Assembly (NCBI GenBank): GCA_945878555.1 | Contig: CAMDWI010000010.1 | Span: 6,559-70,558 of the forward strand | DNA: 64,000 nucleotides | Direction of reading: 5' to 3' | Source: Klebsiella pneumoniae | GTDB lineage: Bacteria; Pseudomonadota; Gammaproteobacteria; Eutrophobiales; Eutrophobiaceae | In this document: piece by piece, positions 28,069 to 37,289 of the stretch | Layout: each line of letters opens with the position of its first letter | Numbering within the stretch: position 1 is the first letter of the stretch | Notes under the pieces: generated by a model | The model's input: only the letters and a program-made list of their open reading frames with translations | What the model was told of the DNA's origin: nothing | Database searches by the model: none | Program-made: the position numbers and the translations under genes

Positions 28069-29937
28069 ATGAAAATTTCGAGGGGGAGAGTCGCGACTTT
28101 AATGGCTACCGTTGCTTGTGTCGTGATGCCTGCAATAGCCGCCGCCCAGCCACAGCTGGTCATGAATTATGCTGACACCGTACTTTATAACGGCCAGATA
28201 ATTACGGCAGACGACGCCTTTTCCATCAAGGAGGCGATTGCCATACGCGATGGCAAGTTTCTCGCCGTAGGCAAAACCGACGAAATCATGCCGCTGGCAG
28301 GTCCTGAGACCCGCAAGATAGACCTGCAGGGGAAGTCGGTGACACCCGGTTTTATATATTCGGATGGAGATAATGCGGTTCCCGGTGGTGATCTGGTCAA
28401 GGATTCACAATGGAACGGCACGATCCAGGGGCAGATTGGTGGAGATACACTGGAACAGATTGAGCAGACCATCACCCACATTGCCGAGAATGAGGCGCTG
28501 CCTGGCGAGATCGTCTTTATCAAGACGGCAGATAACTGGGCCGGCAAGATACTGGAGACCTGGAACAAGGATACGCTGGACGAGTTATCCCCGAATAATC
28601 CCACCCTGCTTTTACCCGATTGTTGCTATGCAATAGCGAACAGCGCCCTGATTAAGTTGATGCTGGAAAAAGGATTCCCACCCGATCACCTGCATCTGAT
28701 GAAGGATGCTAACGGCAATATTACTGGTCAACTCGGGGCGAACGCCGTTGGTTTTGTCGGTCGCGAGCTACGCCCGTTTCCGCCACCGGAATGGATACAG
28801 GAGAATGGCGTCAAGGCAGCCAGGGAGATGATTAAGGAATACGCTGCTGAAGGAATTACGCTGGCGACTGGGCATATGACCGGACTGACAGTGCTGATCC
28901 TGAACCACCTTTTCAAGGACGGAACGCTGGCGATGCGTGTACACCCGGCACTCGATCTGATGCGTCAGAATGCCTTCCCGGAGCGGACGCTGGGCCGGGT
29001 GGGAAATCTGATGGACTTTGCCTTGTCTGATAAACGTGGGCCGATGGTACAGATTGTCGGTACAGCTGTGGGGCCACACACTGGCGCACCCGATGCCGCC
29101 ATCGGTCTGATGACGCTGGAGGCGAAGACCAACATCCTGCCGGAACTCGGCAAGAACGCACACGGTTATGACCGCTGGAGTGGTCAGTTCTTCAACGACA
29201 AGGGCACAATGCAACTGACCGACGAACAACGCAAGGACACCGAATACCATAACTTTATGCTCGCACGCCAGTACGGATATAACGTGAATGGTGTTCATAA
29301 TATGGGTAGCGGTGGCATCATGCTGTCAATGGAGCTGATCGTTGCGGCAGAAGCCCAGAAGCAGCTGTATGAACCAAATCTGTCGAGGGCACAGGCACTG
29401 GATCATAACATCGACTGGATGCCGGAGAATTTTGAATATTTCAAACAGCACAAGGAACTGCTGACAAAATATCTGCGGGTCGGTGTCAGCCTGAGTACCG
29501 CAATGAGACAACGCGATGCGAAGATGTTTGGTTATGAAGACGTCGTTTCCGCCCAGTATGGTTGGGACGGTCTGGAACGTATGGCACCGTTACGTTCGCT
29601 GTTGGAGGCCGGTATTCCGTTTCATATAGAAGGAACAGACCCGAAGAACAAGCCATTGTCCATTGTTAAGGACGCGGTCACGCGTATTGACCGCAAGGGC
29701 AGGGTTGTTGCCCCGCAAGAGGCATTGACGCGTGAGCAGGCTATCATGGCGATAACCCGTTGGGGTGCCAGGTTTATCAGTGCGGAACACCTGTTTGGCA
29801 CGATTGAGGCCGGGAAATATGCCGACCTCGTTGTATTTGATGGCGACGTGATGAAAGCGCCAATCGAGCAGATTGATCAGATCCGTCCGGTGTTGACACT
29901 GGTGGGTGGCGAGGTCGCCTTCGAAGCCAAACCGTAA
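28069..29937 (+). CDS. Secreted Amidohydro_3-like protein lacking the canonical N-terminal HxH metal motif
   Basis: 622 aa. RBS GAGGAG; signal peptide ending AIAAAQP. It is collinear with the other amidohydrolases and keeps the C-terminal GTIEAGKYADLVVFDGD signature. At the position of ...PGYIDTHNHI it reads ...PGFIYSDGDNA instead. Confidence 0.8.
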   Translation: MKISRGRVATLMATVACVVMPAIAAAQPQLVMNYADTVLYNGQIITADDAFSIKEAIAIRDGKFLAVGKTDEIMPLAGPETRKIDLQGKSVTPGFIYSDGDNAVPGGDLVKDSQWNGTIQGQIGGDTLEQIEQTITHIAENEALPGEIVFIKTADNWAGKILETWNKDTLDELSPNNPTLLLPDCCYAIANSALIKLMLEKGFPPDHLHLMKDANGNITGQLGANAVGFVGRELRPFPPPEWIQENGVKAAREMIKEYAAEGITLATGHMTGLTVLILNHLFKDGTLAMRVHPALDLMRQNAFPERTLGRVGNLMDFALSDKRGPMVQIVGTAVGPHTGAPDAAIGLMTLEAKTNILPELGKNAHGYDRWSGQFFNDKGTMQLTDEQRKDTEYHNFMLARQYGYNVNGVHNMGSGGIMLSMELIVAAEAQKQLYEPNLSRAQALDHNIDWMPENFEYFKQHKELLTKYLRVGVSLSTAMRQRDAKMFGYEDVVSAQYGWDGLERMAPLRSLLEAGIPFHIEGTDPKNKPLSIVKDAVTRIDRKGRVVAPQEALTREQAIMAITRWGARFISAEHLFGTIEAGKYADLVVFDGDVMKAPIEQIDQIRPVLTLVGGEVAFEAKP

Positions 29938-29956
29938 GGTTCAGAGAGGTCGAACA

Positions 29957-29992
29957 GGCCCTCACTTCCATGCGGGAGTGGGGGCTTTTTTA
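29957..29992. terminator. Terminator-like imperfect hairpin followed by a T-run, between convergent genes
   Basis: CCCTCACTTCC-atgcg-GGAGTGGGGG then CTTTTTTAT. It lies between the stop of 28069-29937 (+) and the stop of 29990-30370 (-). Confidence 0.45.
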
Positions 29993-30370
29993 TGTTGGTG
30001 ATTTCCTGAAAAACAGGCTGGCCAGGCCAAGACTGAACAGCATCAATACAGCCGTGAAAGGGGCCTTCATAGACTGTAACGGCAAAACTGGCTGTGTACC
30101 CGCAGCGCTGGTTATAGCAGGGGGCTCAAGACTTCCAGCAGAGGGACCACTGACTGCTTGTGCATTGGAGTCCGGTTTTGTTGTCGTATATTTACCAGTA
30201 ACCGGGTCGACATAGATCAGGTAGGCGGGTGTATCACGATCACTTGCAGCCGCCGGGCGTGGATAAATTGCGCCACACAATACCAGCAGCATCACCGACA
30301 GAAAAACAGCTGTCTGGACTACTCTGGACGAATGCTGTCCGTTATCAACAGACAGAAAGATCAAGCTCAT
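29990..30370 (-). CDS. Small secreted/anchored protein, amidohydrolase-associated family member B
   Basis: 126 aa. Its ATG overlaps the TGA of the upstream amidohydrolase (ATGA at 30367-30370). N-terminal signal/TM, then ...PAYLIYVDPVTGKYTTTKP, a Ser/Ala/Pro-rich linker, the C-terminal hydrophobic segment FTAVLMLFSLGLASLFF and a basic RK tail. Confidence 0.65.
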   Translation of the reverse strand: MSLIFLSVDNGQHSSRVVQTAVFLSVMLLVLCGAIYPRPAAASDRDTPAYLIYVDPVTGKYTTTKPDSNAQAVSGPSAGSLEPPAITSAAGTQPVLPLQSMKAPFTAVLMLFSLGLASLFFRKSPT

Positions 30371-32220
30371 TGCGCTGCCGATTCCCAGAGTTTGGCGTCA
30401 AATACCAGTTTACCCCCGATATAGGTCAGATCAATACCAAGCTTGTCGATGTCGGAATCCGCGACTGCTACAAAATCTCCATTGAGTACGCTGATATCAG
30501 CCCATTTCCCGGGTTCCAGCGAACCCAGTTCATCTTCTTCCCCGATAAATCGCGCAACATTGATCGTCAGCATCTTCAGCGCGGTCATCCGGTCTATCGC
30601 CTGATCGGCACCCCATACCTTGCCATTATGGTCGGTACGTGTCACAAACCGTTCTATCAGCCAGGTGGGATGGTTATGCGGATCGGTCCCTTCAATGTGC
30701 AAACTGTAGCCGCGAGCCAGCAGGTCCTTGACCGGCTGCATCGTGTGCATTTTTTCGCCATATTGAGATTCCAGCAACGGGCGACCGTTGACCGACATGC
30801 GCTGGTCGAAGATCTCCGGGCTGAGCGCCATGGCGACATTGTCCCGGTATTTGTCGATCAGGGGATAGTTCGACTCATGCCAGACCAGATTGTGATCAAA
30901 GGCATTCGGCTTGCGTGCCTTGAAATACGGCTTCACACTGGTATTGAAATTGTCGATGGCGAGCAGGTTGGTCCGCAGGGCCGCGCTACCCATGTTGTGG
31001 TTCCCGCTCATATTCCAGCCGTATTTCAACAGCAGGCTGACAGTATTGTAGTCGGTCTGGGCCTTCAGGTCGTCCGTCATATCGTCCCAGGTCAGGCCGG
31101 TCCAGACCTCGCCGGTCCATTTGTTCAGCCCACGTGGTGTACCACCAATCTCCGGGTCGACCTTCTCCTTGTCATCGATGGTCAGCATGCCGAACTGGCT
31201 GTTGGAACCGTCATCGACCGGGCCGGTGGCAGCACCCACGATCTTCACCATCGGGCCGCGTACCGCGTCTGTCAGCGCAAAATTGACCAGATTGCCGACC
31301 CGTTTCAGATACTGTTCTGCGAACGGATTCTGGCGAATGAAGTCATGTCCCGGATACACACGGATATCGAGCTTGCCATCATGAAACAGCGAGTTCAGCA
31401 GACTGGTGGTCAATCCACTCATATGACCGGTTATTGTCGTCACACCCACGGAGAGATAGCCGCGCAGTACAGCAACGGTTTCTTCGTGTGCCTTTTCGAT
31501 ATATTCCGGGCTGGGCCAGGGCCTGACCTGCCAACCGATAAATCCGGCAGCCTGCTGGAACAGCTGTCCTGTCGGTTTGCCGTCGGCGTCCTTGACGACA
31601 CCGAACATATTCGGGTCCAGACCGGATTCCATAGCACGCTCCATCATGGCACTGTTTACGACTGCGACGGAGTCATTATAAAACAGCGCAATCGGATGGT
31701 CCGGGGATACCTCATCGAGGTCATTTGCGGTCCATTCCTCCGCCTGCCGTGGTGAGGCCTTGGGCATGTTAATGAATACCGGTTCTTCGGGTCGTGCCTT
31801 CGCTATCACCTCGCCGATAGAGTTCAGTAACTCGTCCATTTTTGCGCCGGTGATACGTTCTGTCGAGAGGGCACCGTCCACCTGGGTCATCTTGTAGATA
31901 TCACCCGCCGGTACGGCGCTGTCGCCGTCGTTATAGATAAAACCTGGCGTAACGGTCCTGCCCGAGAGGTCGACCTTTTGCGTCTGTGGACCGGCCAGTT
32001 CGAGTATCTCGATTGTCTTGCCTGTAGCAAGCACACGACCGTCACGTACGGCAATGGCTTCGGTAATCGTATTGTTTTGATCCAGTGTCAGCACCTTGCC
32101 GTTGAACATGATCAGTTCAGGATATTTGATCAGGATTTGGGGCTGGGCATGGCCAACAGTGTTATACAAGAAAAACAGCAATATTGTAGTAATTGATAAC
32201 TTTACTGATGGTATATGCAT
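30367..32220 (-). CDS. Secreted Amidohydro_3-like protein lacking the canonical N-terminal HxH metal motif (paralog of 28069-29937)
   Basis: 617 aa with a signal peptide (..YNTVGHAQP). It reads ...PGFIYNDGDSAVPAG in place of HxH. The C-terminal signature GSLEPGKWADISVLNGD is present. It is about 50% identical to 28069-29937. Confidence 0.8.
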   Translation of the reverse strand: MHIPSVKLSITTILLFFLYNTVGHAQPQILIKYPELIMFNGKVLTLDQNNTITEAIAVRDGRVLATGKTIEILELAGPQTQKVDLSGRTVTPGFIYNDGDSAVPAGDIYKMTQVDGALSTERITGAKMDELLNSIGEVIAKARPEEPVFINMPKASPRQAEEWTANDLDEVSPDHPIALFYNDSVAVVNSAMMERAMESGLDPNMFGVVKDADGKPTGQLFQQAAGFIGWQVRPWPSPEYIEKAHEETVAVLRGYLSVGVTTITGHMSGLTTSLLNSLFHDGKLDIRVYPGHDFIRQNPFAEQYLKRVGNLVNFALTDAVRGPMVKIVGAATGPVDDGSNSQFGMLTIDDKEKVDPEIGGTPRGLNKWTGEVWTGLTWDDMTDDLKAQTDYNTVSLLLKYGWNMSGNHNMGSAALRTNLLAIDNFNTSVKPYFKARKPNAFDHNLVWHESNYPLIDKYRDNVAMALSPEIFDQRMSVNGRPLLESQYGEKMHTMQPVKDLLARGYSLHIEGTDPHNHPTWLIERFVTRTDHNGKVWGADQAIDRMTALKMLTINVARFIGEEDELGSLEPGKWADISVLNGDFVAVADSDIDKLGIDLTYIGGKLVFDAKLWESAAQ

Positions 32221-32528
32221 GACTGCGCCCCCCGGTTGTCAGGCTACTCAGATATGAAAGTTTGAAGGGCAGGTCTCGCCCCGCCACGAGACGATTGTAT
32301 GCCCTTGATAACTCGAGAACAGTAAGCATCATAATTTGACATGCCAGTCAGAGGCAAGGCCGCAATTTACGATAAATTTACGCAGGATTTGCTGGCGATT
32401 TGCTATAGTTGACACTGCATATCATGTTTAATAGTATCGTTGAACTGATCAGCCTGATTTATATCAAAAGTAATGAACTTATATCGTCCATTAAGCAATG
32501 TGTCCTGACGGGGGAACGAGTGTATAAA

Positions 32529-33476
32529 ATGAATTTCAAGAAGCTGTTTGCCAGCATCATTTTACTGGCGGTCTCAACATCCCCGACTTTTGCGGCCTTT
32601 CCGGAAAAGGATATCAAGGTCATTATCGGTGTCAGCCCGGGTGGCGGTTTTGACACCTATATGCGCGCACTTATACCGATACTCGAAAAGTATCTGGGTA
32701 ATGATGTAAATGTGCTGCCAATTAATTCGCCGGGTAGTGGTGGCAGGCGCGGCGCCCTTGAAACATTCAAGGCCAAACCGGACGGTTATACCATCGGCAT
32801 GTTTAATATGCCGGGTGTATTGATCCCGCAGTTAACGGAAAAAGATGTGGGCTATGATCTGGAAAAGATTACCTGGCTGGCCACTCTGGGTAACGACCCG
32901 TATGCATTTATCGTCAACAAGAACAGTGATCTGAAAAGTTTTGAGCAGGTTCTGGCACAAAAGTCGCCCATACTGTTTGGCGCGACCGGCCCATCATCAA
33001 CCTCCTATGTTGCCACGATAATAATGAATGAAACACTGGGTATCCCATACGAAGTGGTGACCGGGTACACCGGTAGCAGTGAATATGCGATGGGTGTGAT
33101 GCGGGGAGATGTGGTTGCCGCATTACTCAGCATGTCCACCGCGCGTGGTTATATCAAGTCTGGTGACGTGAGGGCACTGGCGATGATTGGTATGAAGAGC
33201 ACGGGTCCGGGGATTGCGGATGCCGACAGTCTGGGCAAGCCTGATCTCGGCAAACTGAATGTAGTCCGTATGATAGGCGCGCCTCCCGGTTTGCCGGCAG
33301 ACATCCGGGCTATCTATGAAAAGGCCTTTATGTCAGCGATGGCGGATCCTGAGTTTACCAAGTGGCTGGAGGCTACCGGAAATGATGCATCGCCTGCCGG
33401 TGGGGAGGCAACATCTGCGACCGTGAGTGGACTGGTCGAGTTCTACAATAAATATATAAATGTGTTGAAAAAGTAA
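32529..33476 (+). CDS. tctC: Tripartite tricarboxylate transporter substrate-binding protein (TctC/Bug family), second copy
   Basis: ORF 32409..33476. I prefer the ATG at 32529, which gives the signal peptide MNFKKLFASIILLAVSTSPTFAAF. The motif VIIGVSPGGGFDTYMRALIP is present. Confidence 0.8.
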   Translation: MNFKKLFASIILLAVSTSPTFAAFPEKDIKVIIGVSPGGGFDTYMRALIPILEKYLGNDVNVLPINSPGSGGRRGALETFKAKPDGYTIGMFNMPGVLIPQLTEKDVGYDLEKITWLATLGNDPYAFIVNKNSDLKSFEQVLAQKSPILFGATGPSSTSYVATIIMNETLGIPYEVVTGYTGSSEYAMGVMRGDVVAALLSMSTARGYIKSGDVRALAMIGMKSTGPGIADADSLGKPDLGKLNVVRMIGAPPGLPADIRAIYEKAFMSAMADPEFTKWLEATGNDASPAGGEATSATVSGLVEFYNKYINVLKK

Positions 33477-33565
33477 ACCAGGTTCACGCGGTCACCCTAC
33501 AGTTGTGCCTCGACACAATTTGTCACTCCGCATTTCTATAAACCCGGACACACGGAAACAAACTG

Positions 33566-35059
33566 ATGCTAGAAGTATTGCTTGGCGCAACTGCTGATAT
33601 TTTCACGCTGAGAACCCTGTTATTCCTGCAACTCGGAGTGTTTGCAGGGTTGATCGTCGGTGTTATACCCGGGCTCGGCGGAACAACGGCACTCGCTATC
33701 CTGATGCCTCTCACATTCGGGATGGAACCTATCGATGCATTTGCCATGGCGGGTGGCATCATGGGATCTGTAGGCGCGGGTGGGGCTATCACGGCGATCC
33801 TGATTAATGCGCCTGGTACTGCACCGAATGCGGCGACCTGCCTTGATGGTTATCCGATGGCCCGTCAGGGACGGGCCGCAGAGGCGCTTGGTGCCACATC
33901 TACTGCCTCACCGCTCGGCGGCCTGTTTGGCATGGTGACCTTGTTAATGGTGTTGCCATTTGCCAAGGAGCTGGTGCTGATGTTCAGACCGCCGGAGTTT
34001 TTCCTGCTGGCTGTGTTTGGACTGATATCAATAGCACTGTCTGACACCCGGAATATGATCAGGGGGTTGGTCACTTCCTGTGTGGGGCTGATGCTGGCCT
34101 TTGTTGGCTACGACTCTGTCAGTGGTGGTGACAGGTTCACGCTCGGCTCTGACTACCTGTGGGACGGTATTCCGCTGGTCCCGTCGTTGATAGGCCTGTT
34201 TGCGATGACCGAGATGATACGTCTGACCATATCCGGTGGCAGTGTGGCGGCAGATGCAGACTCTGTCCAGTTGGATGGGATCATGAAGGGTGTGTGGGCA
34301 ACATTTCGGCACTGGAAAGTTGTGTTACGCGGCTCGATCATCGGCACGATAGTAGGCGCAGTACCCGGTGCCGGCGGGACAGTTGCGACTTTCATCTCCT
34401 ATTCTTCGACGAAAAACTCGGACCCGCACCCGGAGACGTTTGGTACGGGACGTATTGAGGGCGTAATCGCGCCGGAGGCCGCAAATAATGCCAAGGACAG
34501 CGGTGCGCTGTTACCAACACTGGCCTTTGGTATCCCGGGCAGTTCAGAAATGGCGGTATTTCTGGGAATTCTGGTTTTACACGGTATGCAGCCGGGACCG
34601 ACGATGCTGCTGGAGCATGAACGCGAGATTTATGGACTGATTATAGCGTTGACCCTGAGTGCTGTCCTGTCTGCTGTGCTGGCGCTGGTACTGATACGCT
34701 GGCTGGCACTGATAACATTGGTTAAAGGCCAGATCCTGGCACCGATAGTGATTATTACCAGTCTGGTCGGTGCCTATGCTATTGATTCGCGGCCGGGTGA
34801 TGTGATGGTTGCAGCGGGCATGGGTGTTATTGGTTATCTGATGGTGCGCTTCCATTATCCACGCCTGCCTCTGGTGATAGCACTGGTACTCGGAGAGACC
34901 GCCGAGCGTGGCTTTATGCAGTCGATGATGATAGGCCGGGGTAGCTGGGGCATTTTTGTCTCCTCGCCTGTCTCCATCATTATGGTGTTATTGATCGTAA
35001 TAAGCTTGTTGTGGTGGTTGGTACCTGTGACCCGGAACTGGCTGCGAGGGGAGAAATAA
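33566..35059 (+). CDS. tctA: Tripartite tricarboxylate transporter permease (TctA family), second copy
   Basis: 497 aa and polytopic, with GLIVGVIPGLGGTTALAILMPLTFGM and GIPGSSEMAVFLGIL repeats; it is homologous to 25154-26668. Confidence 0.85.
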   Translation: MLEVLLGATADIFTLRTLLFLQLGVFAGLIVGVIPGLGGTTALAILMPLTFGMEPIDAFAMAGGIMGSVGAGGAITAILINAPGTAPNAATCLDGYPMARQGRAAEALGATSTASPLGGLFGMVTLLMVLPFAKELVLMFRPPEFFLLAVFGLISIALSDTRNMIRGLVTSCVGLMLAFVGYDSVSGGDRFTLGSDYLWDGIPLVPSLIGLFAMTEMIRLTISGGSVAADADSVQLDGIMKGVWATFRHWKVVLRGSIIGTIVGAVPGAGGTVATFISYSSTKNSDPHPETFGTGRIEGVIAPEAANNAKDSGALLPTLAFGIPGSSEMAVFLGILVLHGMQPGPTMLLEHEREIYGLIIALTLSAVLSAVLALVLIRWLALITLVKGQILAPIVIITSLVGAYAIDSRPGDVMVAAGMGVIGYLMVRFHYPRLPLVIALVLGETAERGFMQSMMIGRGSWGIFVSSPVSIIMVLLIVISLLWWLVPVTRNWLRGEK

Positions 35060-35060
35060 T

Positions 35061-35522
35061 ATGAGTACACAACGTACAGGCAGGTTTATTAATATGCTGC
35101 CTTCATTATTGCTCGCCGCATTTGTGCTCGCCTATCTGGTCACCGGATACCAGACACTGGAGGCAGAGTCGCGTCAGGTGCCAATTATGACTGCCTGGAT
35201 TACCCTTTTCTTGCTGGCGCTGGATTTGTTTACCAGTTGGAAGGGTGGGAATGAGGAGAACCATAAGAAGACTGAGGTAGACCTTCCCCTGTTTATCGAG
35301 CTCCGGGCACCGCTGTCTCTGTTGGCGCTCATCGTAATGATCTACTTTGTCGGGTTCTATATTGGTGGCAGCATCTATCTGGTGCTCGCCTTGTGCTGGT
35401 TGGGTGATCAGAAGCTGCGGTTTTCTATCATTACAACAGTAATTACATTTTTGTCCATCTATCTGTTGTTTGAGAAGGGCTTGTCGTTTCAGCTGTTTCG
35501 GGGCGTCCTGTTAGCCAGTTGA
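35061..35522 (+). CDS. tctB: TctB-like small membrane subunit, second copy
   Basis: 153 aa with 4 TM helices. It starts 2 nt after the tctA stop (TAATATG). Confidence 0.55.
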   Translation: MSTQRTGRFINMLPSLLLAAFVLAYLVTGYQTLEAESRQVPIMTAWITLFLLALDLFTSWKGGNEENHKKTEVDLPLFIELRAPLSLLALIVMIYFVGFYIGGSIYLVLALCWLGDQKLRFSIITTVITFLSIYLLFEKGLSFQLFRGVLLAS

Positions 35523-35572
35523 TGCGGTACGGGGTGGTCAGGACAGGTTCCTGACCACCCTCGTGCAAACTA

Positions 35573-37069
35573 CTACTTATCGACTACGAAATAACCACCT
35601 TTGATAGCCTGGTCCCACTGCTCAAATACGGCTGGACCTACCCCGAATTTCACCCCATCGACAAACTCACCTGACATGTAGCCGTGTGTGCCGTAGGGAT
35701 ACTGTGTTAGTGACACCCTGGGTGCCGGCTGCATCTTTTTAAACAGGGGGATGATCACTTCTTCGTAGACATCCCGGCTGTGGTCCCGGCTATGGGCGGT
35801 GATCTGGAACATGATCGGCGGTACCGGTTTTACCCCGGCGCCTTTCAGTTCGGTTTTAAGCCCGACATAGTGTTCAACCATAGTCTCGGTCTCTTCCTCG
35901 TCCAGATTCAGCCGTTTTGCGGTGACACGTGCGGCCTCGCGTAATGAATCTTCGATGTCATGTGTGACCACATATTCAGCCTTGAATTCAGGGCGGGGCT
36001 GTACATCGCCCCAGTCCTCAAGGATGTCTTCCATGATCATCGGTAGCCGCATCATTGCCTCCGGGCCCTCCTGGCCCAGCAGTTCTGGACCGACATAGCG
36101 CGCATCATCACGCCAGCTGCGTATATACAGGTCGTTAAACGGGTCAGTACGCGACTCCAGACCATAGTCATCAACGACACGTTCATATCCATCAATCTTG
36201 CCCAATTCACCGCCCCAGGCATGTTTGGCGCGATTGATATAGCCAAACGAGGAGTTTTCCACGGCCAGAACACCGGCGATATTCGGTACGCGTTGTGACA
36301 GCATCATCGTGAATGGACCGCCGGTTGAGTGGCCATGTACATAGACGGAGTATTCGCCTTCAGGAAAATGCTTACGCATGACCGCGATACCGCCCTGCTC
36401 AAATGCAATCGGCCATCCGGCCATCCGGTTATAGAAGTTTGTTCCCGGCTTTGCCCTCGCCAGTGTGCGAATGCCATAACGCGGACGCTGTTCATGGTCT
36501 TCAACGATATCGTACTGGTCGCGCGTGATGTATTCGCCCTGTAACCAGATGGGGGTGCGGACCTCGAGTGAATACTTGTGATGGTCATAAGCGGTCACGT
36601 TCCTGCCCGGCCAGTCCCGGCTCTCTGTATGGAAGGCATGGCGCCCGGGGTAACTCATGCTGATGACCTTATAGCCAAGTTTGCGCGCAAGCAGACTGGC
36701 CTGACGGTGCATCGACTTGAAATCACCCGAACCACCGTGTAACAGATATATGCCTATCTTCTTGCCATCTGCACCGGTGGGTATTTTTGATGGGTCTTCA
36801 GGTTCATGTACCGATATACCAATGTCCCAGTCCATACCTACTGCATTTATGCGTACGATGTCCTCAACATATCCCTTCTCACCGCCCTTCAGTGGCAAAT
36901 CAGGACGAGACATGAAATTCCGAATCATGGCCTGGGTGTCCTCTTCTGCAATATCGCTGGGTGGCACATAGCGTTGGGCAAGGGTGGGTAGGGACAGGGT
37001 AATAATTATCAATGAGCAGAGTACCCTGGCCAGGGAGGGCCATAATACTGCTTTGGGTTGATTGGACAT
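35573..37069 (-). CDS. Secreted alpha/beta-fold hydrolase
   Basis: 498 aa with a signal peptide (..LSLPTLAQ). It has the nucleophile elbow VHGHSTGGPF (GxSxG) and an HGGSGD block typical of alpha/beta hydrolases. Confidence 0.7.
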   Translation of the reverse strand: MSNQPKAVLWPSLARVLCSLIIITLSLPTLAQRYVPPSDIAEEDTQAMIRNFMSRPDLPLKGGEKGYVEDIVRINAVGMDWDIGISVHEPEDPSKIPTGADGKKIGIYLLHGGSGDFKSMHRQASLLARKLGYKVISMSYPGRHAFHTESRDWPGRNVTAYDHHKYSLEVRTPIWLQGEYITRDQYDIVEDHEQRPRYGIRTLARAKPGTNFYNRMAGWPIAFEQGGIAVMRKHFPEGEYSVYVHGHSTGGPFTMMLSQRVPNIAGVLAVENSSFGYINRAKHAWGGELGKIDGYERVVDDYGLESRTDPFNDLYIRSWRDDARYVGPELLGQEGPEAMMRLPMIMEDILEDWGDVQPRPEFKAEYVVTHDIEDSLREAARVTAKRLNLDEEETETMVEHYVGLKTELKGAGVKPVPPIMFQITAHSRDHSRDVYEEVIIPLFKKMQPAPRVSLTQYPYGTHGYMSGEFVDGVKFGVGPAVFEQWDQAIKGGYFVVDK

Positions 37070-37289
37070 GACAAAACCTCCAGAGTATGAATTTTACGTG
37101 CAAATTTACAGCATCAGTCTAGATAAGTTTGGAGGAGCCGACAACCATCCGGACAAAGAAACAGGGATACAGATCAGATAAACAGGATTTCAGTAGAAGT
37201 AATGAATGAGGCAGGATTTAAATGCAGTGGGTATCTGCAAAAATGGCTCTCGCTGGCAATCAGACGATTGCCAGCGAGAGGTAACAGTG

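Noticed and set aside
30229-31755. 508-aa plus-strand ORF overlapping amidohydrolase 30367-32220
   Set aside because: It is antisense to the amidohydrolase, which has conserved family signatures and a signal peptide; the plus-strand translation has no recognisable domains.
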